64,000 bases of DNA from Octopus sinensis (lineage: Eukaryota): the NCBI RefSeq assembly GCF_006345805.1, contig NC_043026.1:8184001-8248000 (forward strand), in the 5' to 3' direction. Shown in pieces: positions 24,420 to 37,057 of this stretch. Numbering within the stretch: the first letter of the stretch is position 1; each line of letters opens with the position of its first letter. The notes below the pieces were generated by a model, which worked only from the letters and a program-made list of their open reading frames with translations, was not told the origin of the DNA and ran no database searches. Position numbers and translations under genes: made by a program.

Positions 24420-25680
24420 TGGTGCTCCAGTGTGGCCACAGTCAAATGACTTAAACAAGTAAAAGAATATGAATGGCTTGTGCACAAATTTCATCCACAC
24501 CCTGTTGGTTAATCCAGCACCCACACGTGGTGTCGCTTGTGGAGGATTCCATGCTCTGAAATGAAACCCACACCACCACGGTTGGAGAACAAGCCTGTAA
24601 CCACACAGCTATACATTACACATACGTCGATAACAGGTTTGGCTTTTTTTTTTTAACAGAGAATAAAAAAGTAGAATTTTAAACAATACAAGCTGATATT
24701 TGTTTATTCTGCTTCATGATATATCAATGTAAAAAAATTGGGAGTTATTAACTTCAGTTGTTGCTGAGAAACCAGCAGGGGCATAATCAATCAAGCAAAC
24801 AAACTAGGCAAAAACTGAGGCACCACGTTTTTGATGGTTGGATATATTTGGATGGGGGGTTATGCTGGAGTGGCTGTGTGGTAAGTAGCTTGCTAACCAA
24901 CCACATGGTTCCGGGTTCAGTCCCACTGCATGGCACCTTGGGCAAGTGTCTTCTGCTATAGCCCCGGGCCGATCAATGCCTTGTGTCTGGATTTGGTAGA
25001 ACGGAAACTGAAAGAAGCCGTCATATATATGTATATATATATATAATATATATCTATATATATTATAATATAGGCGCAGGAGTGGCTGTGTGGTAAGTAG
25101 CTTGCTAACCAACACCACATAGTTTCTGGGTCAGTCCCACTGTGGGCACCTTGGGCAAGTGTCTTTCTGCTATAGCCTCAGGCCGACCAATGCCTTGTGA
25201 ATGGATTTGGTAACAGAAACTGAAAGAAGCCCGTCGTATATATGTGTGTGTGTGTATATATATATATAATATATATATATATAGGCGCAGGAGTGGCTGT
25301 GTGGTAAGTAGTTGTTTAACCAACCACATGGTTCCAGTTCAGTCCCACTGCGTGGCACCTTGGCAAGTGTCTTCTACTATAGCCTCGGGCCGACCAAAGC
25401 CTTGGTGAGTGGATTTGGTAGACGGAAACTGAAAGAAGCCCGTCGTATATATGATATATATGTATGTGTGTGTGTGTATCTGTATTTGTCCCTCTAGCAT
25501 TGCTTGACAACCGAGCTGGTGTGTGTGTTTACGTCCCCGTCCACTTAGCGGTTCGGCAAAACAGAGACCGTAGATAGAATAAGTACTGGTACAAAAAGAA
25601 TAAGTCCCGGGGTCGAGCTGCTCGATTAAAGGCGGTGCTCCAGCATGGCCACAGTCAAAATGACTGAAACAAGTAAAAAA
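23968..25680 (+). mobile_element. Cluster of SINE A copies, indel-rich
   Basis: Heads at ~23968, 24865, 25073 and 25283; tails near 24360 and 25670. Confidence 0.8.
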
Positions 25681-25689
25681 AAAATACAT

Positions 25690-26057
25690 ACTCACACACA
25701 CACACACACGCATATAGATACAGAGATATACATACACACACACACACACGTCTCTGACTTTCAGCTTTCCCTCTCTGGATTATTTAGCAATAATAGACTG
25801 TTACATTCCTTATTGTTTTTTTATTATTATTATTATTATCGATTATTGGTTTTCTTTTCCATTTTTTTTTTTTTTGTTTGTTCGTAATGTAGGACAACTG
25901 AAGGGTAGGTGTGGTGGGGGTTGGTAGTCGTTGGAGGTGTTGATGGTGGCGATGGTACCGCTGCGGAGGAGGCGGTGGAGTCAGCAAACTCTTCGGCACC
26001 CACACACACACACACACAAGCACACACACACACACACCACACACACACACACACACA

Positions 26058-26100
<43 letters not shown>

Positions 26101-26231
26101 ACAAACATGCACACAGAGACACACTCACAAATACACACACACACACACACACCAAACACACATAGACACACACACAAATATACGCACACACACCACACAC
26201 ACACACACACACCCACACACACACAAGCACA

Positions 26232-26263
<32 letters not shown>

Positions 26264-27320
26264 GCACACACACACACACCCCCAAACACACATAGACACA
26301 CACACAAATATACGCACTCACACACACCAGACACAGAAACACACGCATACAAATACACACCCAAGCACACATAGACACACACACATATATACATACACAC
26401 ACATGCACACATACACACAAGCATGCACACAGACACACACACATATATACATACACACACATGCACACATACACACAAGCATGCACACAGACACACACAC
26501 ACACCCAAACACACACAGAGATACACACACACATACAAAAACCCTCACACACACACATATATACAGACACAGACACACACACACACGCACGCATACCAAT
26601 ACACACACACACTCAAACACACACAGACAACTATACACGCGCACACACACGCGCACACACACACACACACACAAAGAGGCAGTGGAGACACACAGACAGA
26701 TGCAGACTGTGGCTCCCCTCCAGGACAGGGTAGAAGTTGATGCCACTCCCCCCCCCTGCCTCCACAGCCAGAATTAAATGTGACATGAGAGGAGGGGTGG
26801 GTAGAGTCTTTCTGTGACCACCCCTCCTTTTTGGTTATAATTATTTGCCCTTGATGCTTTATCTGCCATATTAAAAATCGATGGTGGTGGTCGTGGTTGG
26901 TGAGGGGCTCCGTGCAAATCACTTCAGTGGACATCTGTTGGAAATGGACTCAAAGATACCTATATACGTAATAGTAGTAGTAGTAGTAGTTATAATGTTG
27001 GTGGTGGTGGTAGTGGTGATAGTTGTAGTAGTGGTATTTGTAGTAGTAGTAGTGGTATTTGTAGCAGTGGTGGTGGTGGTAGTAGTAGTATTAGTGGTGG
27101 TCGTGCTAGTAGTAGTAGTAGTAGTGGTAGTTGTAGTAGTAGTAGTAGTAGTCCTGGTGGTGGTGGTGGTGGTATTTGTTGTAGCGGTATTGATAGTAGT
27201 GATGGTAGTGGTGGTTGTAGTAGTAGTAGTAGTAGTAGTCGTGGTGGTGGTGGTATTGATAGTAGTGGTGGTGGTGGTAGTAGTAGTAGTAGTGGTATTT
27301 GTGGTGGTGGTGTCCCAGAT
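25690..27320. repeat. (CA)n tract followed by a (GTA/GTG)n tract
   Basis: Direct reading; source of the His-Thr and poly-Val pseudo-ORFs. Confidence 0.9.
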
Positions 27321-28132
27321 GAAGGAGCAACTTCTATATAATGCTGGTGTGTCTGTTATTCGTACACCCAGCTGTCACCATCATCATCATCATCATCATC
27401 ATCGTCTTTTTCTTCTTTTTTTCCCTTTAGTGTCCACTTCCCAATGCTTAACACGGGTCAGCTGGAATTTTGCTTCTCTTCTTCTTTTTCTCCGACTCGG
27501 ATCCTCTTCAGCCGGAAGGATGCTCTTCCTGTCACTCACACTCGCTTGTTTCCAGGCAGGCTCATCATCATCATCATCATCATCGTTTAGCGTCCGCCTT
27601 CCATGCTAGCATGGGTTGGACGGTTCAACTGGGGTCTGTGAAGCTGGAAAATTCGTCAGGCCCAGTCAGATCTGGCAGTGTTTCTACGGCTGGATGCCCT
27701 TCCTAACGCCAACCACTCCGCGAGTGTAGTGGGTGTTTTTTATGTGCCACCTGCACAGGTGCCAGACAGAGCTGGCGAACGGCCACGAACGGATGGTGCT
27801 TTTACGTGTCACCGGCACGGGGCCAGGCGATGCTGGCAACGGACACGAACGGATGGTGCTTTTACGTGCCACCAACACGGGGGCCAGACAGAGCTGGCAA
27901 ACGGCCACGAACGGACGGTGCTTTTACGTGTCACCGGCACGGGGGCCAGCCGAGGCTGGCAACGGACACCATATTTCCCAATTGGCCAAACATGTTCCAA
28001 AAGACGACAGGAGACAACTTACTCTGCTTCTGTGACCGCGACATTCATCCTATCATTCCTTCAACATCATCATCATCGTTGTCGTCCTTTTACATCTCTT
28101 TACTCTCTTTTACTCTTTTACCTGTTTCAGTC

Positions 28133-28595
28133 AGGAAATTTTGTATGCCTAACACTTGGAACTTCAGAAGGGTCTGCACATAACCATCTGTCATTTCTGT
28201 TAACTTCTTGATCTTGGTCGAAGTTTTTCTCGTTTGAGAAAAACCAAATCAAATCTTCTTCTGCTGGCTTTTTCAGTTTGTTTAGGAGCCTTTTAGGTCT
28301 GATGTAGTGATTTTCTTTTGCTTTTTCTAACTAAATTGACTTTTCCTCATCATATAAGACTTATATCTGATGTCTTCTTGGACAACATTTCTAACTGTTC
28401 CTTCTGACACATAGATATCTTTTGCAATTGACCTCAAGGACTTTCTGGGATTGTAATGAATGGTCTGTTGAACTTGCTGGATAAATTCAGGTTTTCTGAT
28501 GATTTCAGAGCGTTTGGAATGCTTTTTATGCTTTGATACTGGTGAAACATTTCCATCTTCAGTCTCTAGCTCCTTACAAACTTTGTAGACAAAAC
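28133..28595 (-). mobile_element. Tc1/mariner (maT/DD37D-like) transposase remnant, HTH to first catalytic D
   Basis: NPRKSLRSIAKDIYVSEGTVRNVVQEDIRYKSY...WFFSNEKNFDQDQEVNRNDRWLCADPSE, with frameshifts. Confidence 0.75.
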
Positions 28596-28817
28596 ATAAC
28601 TGTGGCCATGCTGGAGCCCGCCTTTATTCTTTTGTAAGCCCAGTACTTATTCTATCGGTCTCTTTTGCCGAACTGCTAAGTAACGGGGACATAAACACAC
28701 CAACATCGGTTGTCAAGCAATGCTAGGGGGACAAACACAGACACACAAACACACACGCATATATATATAATACTTGTGTGTGCGTGTGTGTGTGCTCAGG
28801 AATATAAAATATACGTA

Positions 28818-28982
28818 GGCGCAGGAGTGGCTGTGTGATAAGTAGCTTGTTTACCAACCACATGGTTCCGGGTTCAGTCCCACTGCATGGCATCTTGGGC
28901 AAGTGTCTCCAGCTATAGCCCCGGGCCGACCAATGCCTTGTGAGTGGATTTGGTAGACGGAAACTGAAAGAAGCCTGTCGTA

Positions 28983-29019
<37 letters not shown>

Positions 29020-29225
29020 GCGTTTGTGTGTCTGTGTTTGTCCCCCTAGCATTGCTTGACAACCGATGCTGGTGTGTTTACATCCCCGTCACCTAGCGGT
29101 TCGGCAAAAGAGACCAATAGAATAAGTACTGGGCTTACAAAAGAATAAGTCCCGGGTTCGAGTTGCTCGATTAAAGGCAGTGCTCCAGCATGGCCGCAGT
29201 CAAATGACTGAAACAAGTAAAAGTA
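28818..29225 (+). mobile_element. SINE A
   Basis: Full-length copy. Confidence 0.85.
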
Positions 29226-29608
29226 AGTGTACAATATTTCTGTCATGCTTGTAGTAGTGTGGTGATGGTTGTGGTGTGGGTGGTAGCATTGGAGTTGTGC
29301 GAGTCACCACAGAGCATAACAGAAATGTTCAGTGTTGATTTATTGACCAGATAAGTGAAAGGACCAGCTTTTGTAGGTCATCGAGATAACAGCATGTACG
29401 TGTGTGTGTGTGTATATATATGTGTATGTGAGTGCATATATACATATATATGCACTCACATTTTATATATATATATTATATATATATATGTATAGTTAAT
29501 ATATGTTATAGTATATTATATATTATATAATATATTTATATATGTATATATATATATTTATATATGTATATATATATTTATATGCTATATATTATATTTA
29601 TATATATA

Positions 29609-29655
<47 letters not shown>

Positions 29656-29716
29656 TTATTTATATTTATATATATTTATATATATATATATTATATTATT
29701 TATATTTATATATATT

Positions 29717-29749
<33 letters not shown>

Positions 29750-30527
29750 TATATCTTTATATATATATATATATTATATATATAGATACATATTTATATA
29801 TATATTTATATATATATACACACACATATACACTCACATACATTATATATATATCTGTACTTTGATGCCATGCTTAGACAGACAGACACACGCACGCACA
29901 CACTTATACATATAAAAGCTTGTTCAGTAAATCTTTGTACCCAAGCACAAAGACCAGAACAAAGGCCTAGATACTCAGGTGTAGCGTGAGCAAGTGAACT
30001 GTAGTGCAGACCCATGGGGTTAATCCATACTTTAGAAATATTCTTATTTGTATTTCGTTACGAAGCTCTATAGATCTTCTTGCTATTGTTCCATCATCAT
30101 CATCATCATCATCATCGTTTAACGTCCGTTCTCCATGCCAGCATGGGTTGGACGGTTCGACCGGGGATCTGGGAAACCAGAAGGCTTCACCAGGCCCCAG
30201 TCTGATCTGGCAGTGTTTCTACAGCTGGATGCTCTTCCTAACGCCAACCACTCCGTGAGTGTAGTGGGTGCTTTTTACGTACCACCAGCACAGGTGCCTG
30301 GCAAAGCTGGCAACGGCCACGATCGGATTGGTGCAATTTACGTGCCACCGGCACGGAAGACAGTCAAGGCGGCACTGGCATCAGCCACGATTCGGATGGT
30401 GCTTTTTACGTGCCACCTTCATGGGGCCAGTCAGGCAGTACTGGCTCAACAATAATAATTATAAGGATTATTACAAAGTGGCATAGCATTATCCCTTAAT
30501 TCTTTTGTTATATATACAGCTTTATAT

Positions 30528-30613
30528 AGACCTACACTTGTTTCAACTGTACCAATTACTAACCATTGCAATTGAACCCCTACTATAAAACCAGTGCAGT
30601 TTCTTCAGAATCT
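30528..30613 (-). ncRNA. Type-I hammerhead with intact core in a Penelope 3' region
   Basis: AGATT-CTGAAGA-AACTG...CAGTT-GAAA-C(AAGT)G-TA-GGTCT; predicted cut between 30533 and 30532. Confidence 0.6.
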
Positions 30614-30729
30614 TTATTTGATATCCTTCAATTAAACTGTTTAAAGTTTTTTGAACAATCTCCAATTCAAAATTTGATTGGTTAATCACAGTCCATTATT
30701 TCAAAACGTTCTGTTGTCTAAATGCTTAT

Positions 30730-31075
30730 TATTCATTTATACTAGACAAATATGAATTTCCTCATGTGCAAGCATCTCGAAGCTTGTTCCTGTCTAGTAT
30801 TTATTGGATATAAAAGGCTGGTAAAATTCTTCTAAACATTGATCAGATTTGTATAGTTCTAGGTCTGAATGGTTTTGCAGTACAAATTAATTCCCAATTG
30901 ATAATATAGTCTTCGTTTCTGTCGTTAATAGAGCAGATTAATTTACTAAGGCTTGTTTGGAATATTTTATTTTTATCTTGAAAATGAACTCAAAGGATTT
31001 GCCAGTCTCCTCTTGGAAATCAATAATGTCCCACCAATGTAAAAGTATTCGTTACTCTCAGATGTAATTTTACAT
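30730..31075 (-). mobile_element. Decayed Penelope-like GIY-YIG endonuclease ORF
   Basis: CKITSESNEYFYIGGT...KRRLANPLSSF / QTSLSKLICS...YIINWELICTAKPF / DQCLEE, across frameshifts and stops. Confidence 0.7.
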
Positions 31076-31194
31076 CTCTTTTACTTGTTTCAGTCATTCG
31101 ACTGTGGCCATGCTGGAGCACCACCTTCATCTTTTACTCTTTTAATCTATATATTATCTTTTTAGTCATGCAGTTATTTTTCACATAGTATATA

Positions 31195-31602
31195 CTCTTT
31201 ACTCTTTTACTTGTTTCAGTCATTTGACTGCGGCCATGCTGGAGCACCGCCTTTAATCGAGCAACTCGACCCTGGGACTTATTCTTTTGTAAGCCCAGTA
31301 CTTATTCTATCGGTCTCTTTTGCCGAACCGCTAAGTAACGGGAACATAAACACACCAGCATTGGTTGTCAAGCAATGCCAGGGGGACAAACACAGACACA
31401 CACACGCATATGTATATATATATATATATACATATATACGACAGGCTTCTTTCAGTTTCCGCCTACCAAATCCACTCACAAGGCTTTGGTCGGCCCGAGG
31501 CTATAGTAGAAGACACTTGCCCAAGGTGCCACGAAGTGGGACTGAACCCGGAACCATGTGGTTGGTAAACAAGCTGCTTACCACACAGCCACTTCTGCGC
31601 CT
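31195..31602 (-). mobile_element. SINE A
   Basis: Full-length reverse copy. Confidence 0.85.
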
Positions 31603-31689
31603 GTATATATATATATATATATATATAGTTTTTGAGATCCACATGGGTAATAAACACTGAAGATGTACAGAAAACAGATTCCATCACAT

Positions 31690-32092
31690 GCCAGGATGAG
31701 AAACTAGAAGTAGTTAAGAACTTCCACTACCTTGGCTACCAAGTCTGTAGTGGGGATGGTTGCTCTGAGAGTGTAGCAGCTTGAATAAGAATAGCCTGGG
31801 CAAAGTTCAGGGAACTCTTACCTCTGCTGGCAACTAAGGGCCTCTCGCTCAGGATGAAAGGCAGACTATATGATGCATGTGTACGAACAGCCATGCTACA
31901 TGGCAGTGAAACATGGGCTGTGACTGCTGAGGACATGTGTAGGCTTGAAAGAAATGAAGCTAGTATGATCCGGTGGATGTGTAATATCAGTGTGCATACA
32001 CGACAGAGTGTAAGTACCCTGAGAGAAAAGTTGGACATGAGAAGCATCAGATGTGGCGTGCAAGAGAGATGACTGCGCTGGTATGGTCATGA
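31690..32092 (+). mobile_element. RTE-clade LINE ORF fragment
   Basis: RIAWAKFRELLPLL...KGRLYDACVRTAMLHGSETW...LRWYGH. Confidence 0.85.
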
Positions 32093-32269
32093 ACAGAGAG
32101 AGGTATGGATGTCGAGTGAGGTGGAATGAGAAAGATGAAGAGATGGACAGAGATGGGGAAATGGATAAATAAATGGATGGTCAGATAGGAGAAGCAGATG
32201 ACGGTTTAAAAGATGGACAAATGACCAGCCATTTGACTGGTCAGATAGATAGGCAGCTACATCACTTTT

Positions 32270-32400
32270 AACAAAACTAGTACCACGTTCTAACAACTGG
32301 CTCTTCTCTTCAGGCCCAAAATATACCTCAGGGCCGGCAATTATTGACCCTGTACAAAGGTCGTGTTAGATCTTCATGTGCATCCAGCAAAGGGATGTCA
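32270..32400 (+). mobile_element. Highly decayed L2/Jockey-like LINE fragment (target of the Merlin MITE)
   Basis: LFRPKIY/(fs)QLLTLYKGRVRS resembles the LINE RT C-terminal LLTLYKAQVRP. Confidence 0.35.
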
Positions 32401-32406
32401 AATTGC

Positions 32407-33050
32407 GGACCTTTTCCTTTTGAACAGCAGACAATTTCTAGTTAACTAAACACTTTAAAACTTCGTATACTGGTAGAATGTGTCAAAATAAAACTTTTTT
32501 TTTCTGTTGGCTTTCTTGAGAAAATTGTAATTCGTTTGTTTAACGTAGTTTAATTTTTCGAATTTTAACCAATCCTATGCTCTCTTTTGAGCTAAAATCA
32601 TTTGCTGCGTCTAAAACTGAGACAACATCCTGTAACTAACCCTAAACCTCCCCCCTAACCCTAACCCTAAATTTTCTTTTTCTTAATTGTTAAATTAATT
32701 TAATTGTTACGCATGTAAAAAAAAACTAAAGCAATGGAATTAAATTAATTTAACAATTAAGAAAAAAAATTTAGGGTTAGGGTTAGGGGGAGGTTTAGGG
32801 TTAGTTACAGGATGTTGTCTCAGTTTTAGACACAGCAAATGATTTTAGTTGAATGGAGGTAATTGATTGGTTAAAATTGCCGAAATGCTCGGATTTTCAG
32901 ACGAAATATCTTACAAACTATAGAATTTCCTCAATAAAACCAAGAGAAAAAGATGTTTTATTTTGACACATTCTACCAGTATATGAAGTTTAAAAGTGTT
33001 TAGTTAACTAGAAATTGTGTTGAAAACTGCCGTTCAAACAGAAAAGATCC
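32407..33050. mobile_element. Merlin-like fold-back MITE with internal telomere-like repeats
   Basis: GG...CC termini, 8-bp TSD CAAATTGC (32399-32406 / 33051-33058), near-palindromic, with CCCTAA/TTAGGG blocks. Confidence 0.8.
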
Positions 33051-33302
33051 CAAATTGCTGGGTCAGGTCATGAGATTTACAGAAAGAATGGTAACTCTAG
33101 TTATTTGGAAGAGAGTTAACCTAAATGAAATACAGTTTGGTTAACTCAGCTGGGACCATTTCCTAAGAACTGGCTCTATTATCCAGCACCAGAATATACT
33201 TCAACCCCTGTAATTATACAGAGACAGACAGACAGACACACTCACATACTGAGAGACTCACACACACACTGACAAATACAAGTACGGGTGGTCAGATTAG
33301 AC

Positions 33303-33521
33303 CAATGGTTTTCAACCAGGGTTCCTCGGAACCTTAGGGTTCTGCCAGTACAGTCCAGGGGTTCCGCAAGAAGTTACAAAACTGCTAAAATTGGCAGTAA
33401 TTTTTAATTCTCTTGTGCAGATATGTGTGCATAAGACATTTAAATTATTGCACAGGGGTTCCTCGAGCCAGTGGAATGTTTCCTTGGGGTTCCGCTCCTG
33501 CAAAAAAGTTGAAAAGCACAG
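33303..33521. mobile_element. hAT (Charlie-like) MITE
   Basis: CAATGGTTTTCAAC / GTTGAAAAGCACAG TIRs; 8-bp TSD GATTAGAC. Confidence 0.8.
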
Positions 33522-33539
33522 GATTAGACTGCGACTGGT

Positions 33540-34200
33540 AGACTGATTTGATATGGGGACAGGTGGACAGATGGAAAGATAGATACAGAGACTGATGGGC
33601 AGATGAGCAGAGAGATGGACACACAGATAGAGGGGACAGGTGGACAGACAGGAAAGCAGAGAGACTGACTGGTAGACAGATGGACAGACTGGTAGACAGA
33701 TGGACACTGACAGACAGAGAGAGAGAGAGACAGGTAGATAGATATGGGGACAGGTAGACAGATGGAAAGATAGATACAGAGATTGACAGATTGAGGGGCA
33801 AAGAGACGGACAGATAGGTAAGCAGAGAGACAGATGGACATAGACGGACAGACAGACAGATACAGGTAGGTGGATATGGGGACAGGTGGACAGACAGACA
33901 GATACAGGTAGGTGGATATGGGGACAGGTGGACAGACAGGCAGATGGATATGGGGACAGGTGGACAGACAGACAGACAGGCAGATGGATATGGGGACAGG
34001 TGGACAGATAGGAAGATAGATATAGAGACAGACGGTAAGGGAGATTGACAGACTGACATGTGGACAGACAGATTGACAACAGATGGATGGATAGTCAGAG
34101 AGGGTGGGGATGTAGCAGTCGGGGGGGGGGGAGAAGCGAATGAATGGACAGACAGACAGACTGACTGACTGACTGGCAGACTCACGGACAGACAGACGGC
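33540..34200. repeat. GACA-based minisatellite (gatatggggacaggtggacaga unit)
   Basis: Direct reading. Confidence 0.85.
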
Positions 34201-34907
34201 AAGCTTTTTGTTCTCTATTCCTTTCTTCTCGGTATTTCCATACATTTTGGCTGCAGTCCAACTGACTCCATCCTATTTCAGGTGCAGGCCTCAGTATATG
34301 CGTGTGAGTGTGTGTGTGTGTGTGTGATGAGAGTATAAGTAACAATAACAGCAGCAGCAGCAGCAGCCGTGGCAGCAGCAGTAAACAAACAATTAAGTCT
34401 CCAGAAAGTCCATTAATATTTCACATAATCTATAGCGGTCAATAAGTTAATCAATTCCAGGTAAGGTGTGGAGGTAGACAGGTGTGGTAAATATTTGCTT
34501 GTGTGTGTGTGCATGTCCATAAATTATCCTTACAAATCCACACAGTTCATTTTATCAAGTTGTAAAGGCAAATTATGGACACCCTGTGTGTGTGTGTGTG
34601 TGTGTATATATATGTATACACACACACACATATATATTATATTTATATAATATATTTACATATTTTATTAAGTCTTTTCTCAGCTAGTTTCGGTCATTAA
34701 GCTGTGGCCATGATGGGCCAACGCTTGCAAGGTCATTTAAAAATTTATTTTTGGGGGTTTTGGGGGTCAATCACATTGAAGTACAATTTCTTCAGTTCAT
34801 TCATATTTTAATGATCTCTATTCGTCAAAATACTAAATCACATGATATCAGAAACAATGCTGACTTTTTAGAGAGGTGTTAACATAAATTTAGACATATT
34901 AAATTTA

Positions 34908-35080
34908 GGCGCAGGAGTGGCTGTGTGGTAAGTAGCTTGTTTACCAACCACACAGTTCCGGGTTCAGTCCCACTGTGTGGCACCTTGGGCAAGTGTCTTC
35001 TACTATAGCCTCGGGCCGGCCAATGCCTTCTGAGTGGATTTGGTAGACGGAAACTGAAAGAAGCCCGTCGTATATATGTA

Positions 35081-35132
<52 letters not shown>

Positions 35133-35368
35133 ATATATATATGTGTGTGTATGTTTGTGTGTCTGTGTTTGTCCCCCTAGCATTGCTTGGCAACCGATGC
35201 TGGTGTGTTTACGTCCCCCGTCACTTTGCGGTTCGGCAAAAAGAGAACGATAGAATAAGTACTGTGCTTACAAAAGAATAAGTCCCGGGGTCGATTTGCT
35301 CGACTAAAGGCGGTGCTCCAGCATGGCCGCAGTCAAATGACTGAAACAAGTAAAAGAGTAAAAGAGTA
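34908..35368 (+). mobile_element. SINE A
   Basis: Full-length copy. Confidence 0.85.
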
Positions 35369-35636
35369 TACCTGGTGGGGGTGGGGGTGTTTCATCAGAG
35401 ATTAAGGACAGGTGAGAAATAATTCTGTAATGCAATCGTTCTATTGTTCTCGTCTTGATTTGAATCCCAATTGTTGGCCAATTTCTCTCAAAAGTTCTTA
35501 TCTCGATGTAAAATTAACGAGGCGAATGTCCTTTTTCTCCCCGCTTGACCTCTGACATCACCTGACAAACGCCAACCAAGATGGTATGATTCAGCCAAAC
35601 TTTACCTGCTAGAAATAGCAACACAAATGCTTTTAA

Positions 35637-35856
35637 CCCTTTAATGTTCAGATTACTCTGTTAAATGTAATACTTTTTCACTCAAATTGTTTTGAATTAA
35701 TCAAGCATTATCTCATAGCTTTGAGGTTTCAATGATGTGATTGTTTATATTTAGAATGGCATTGTCGGGTAGGTGTGAAAGGCTAGATATTGCCAGTTTG
35801 AATATAAAACATATAGAATATTTGGGCCGGATATGGCCGGTTTAAACACTAAAGGG
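35637..35856. mobile_element. piggyBac-type MITE
   Basis: TTAA|CCCTTTAATGTT ... AACACTAAAGGG|TTAA. Confidence 0.75.
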
Positions 35857-35944
35857 TTAAATCAGATCCCATTGCTGGATGGTCCAGAAGCAGATGAAGG
35901 GCAGATTTTCAAGCCTGGAATCATCCTGATTCCAAAAAGGTATA

Positions 35945-36905
35945 AAGGCGAGTTGGCAGAAACGTTAGCACGCCGGGCGAAATGCTTAGTGGTATTTCGT
36001 CTGCGTTACGTTCTGAGTTCAAATTCCGCCGAGGTCGACTTTGCCTTTCATCCTTTCGGGGTCAATAAATTAAGTACCAGTTACGCACTGGGGTCGATGT
36101 AATCGACTTAATACCTATGTCTGTCCTTGTTTGTCCCCTCTGTGTTTAGCCCCTTGTGGGTAGTAAAGAAATAGGTATTTCATCTGCCGCTACGTTCTGA
36201 GTTCAAATTCCGCCGAGGTCGACTTTGCCTTTCATCCCTTCGGGGTCGATTAAATAAGTACCAGTTACACACTGGGGTCGATGTAATCGACTTAATACCT
36301 ATGTCTGTCCTTGTTTGTCCCCTCTGTGTTTAGCCCCTTGTGGGTAGTAAAGAAATAGGTATTTCATCTGCCGCTACGTTCTGAGTTCAAATTCCGCCGA
36401 GGTCGACTTTGCCTTTCATCCTTTCGGGGTCGATAAATTAAGCGCCAGTTACGCACTGGGGTCGATGTAATCGACTTAATACCTATGTCTGTCCTTGTTT
36501 GTCCCCTCTGTATGTAGCCCCTTGTGGGTAGTAAAGAAATAGGTATTTCATCTGCCGCTACGTTCTGAGTTCAAATTCCGCCGAGGTCGACTTTGCCTTT
36601 CATCCTTTCGGGGTCGATAAATTAAGTACCAGTTATGCACTGGGGTCGATGTAATCGACTTAATACCTATGTCTGTCCTTGTTTGTCCCCTCTGTGTTTA
36701 GCCCCTTGTGGGTAGTAAAGAAATAGGTATTTCGTCTGCCGCTACGTTCTGAGTTCAAATTCTGCCGAGGTCGACTTTGCCTTTCATCCTTTCGGGGTCG
36801 ATAAATTAAGTACCAGTTACGCACTGGGGTCGATGTGATCGACTTAATACCTATGTCTGTCCGTGTTTGTCCCGTCTGTGTTTAGCCCCTTGTGGGTAAT
36901 AAAAA
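35945..36905 (+). mobile_element. SINE B tandem array, 5 copies, 184-bp period
   Basis: ATAGGTATTT at 36171, 36355, 36539 and 36723. Confidence 0.9.
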
Positions 36906-37057
36906 AAATAGATATAATATGTCTATGTAGAATAAATTCGGACCAAGATACAGGGGTCCCAGACGGACGGATGGACGGACAGAATTTCGCTTTTATTATA
37001 TGTAATGCAGTGTATTTACTTATACATACTCTCTCTCTCTCTCTCTCTCTTTTTCAG

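Noticed and set aside
26881-27609. 242-aa poly-Val 'membrane protein'
   Set aside because: (GTA/GTG)n microsatellite.
35945-36905. CRISPR-like regular repeats (also 18445-19640 and 38640-39130)
   Set aside because: Units are contiguous retroposon segments without unique spacers; eukaryotic context; no cas genes.
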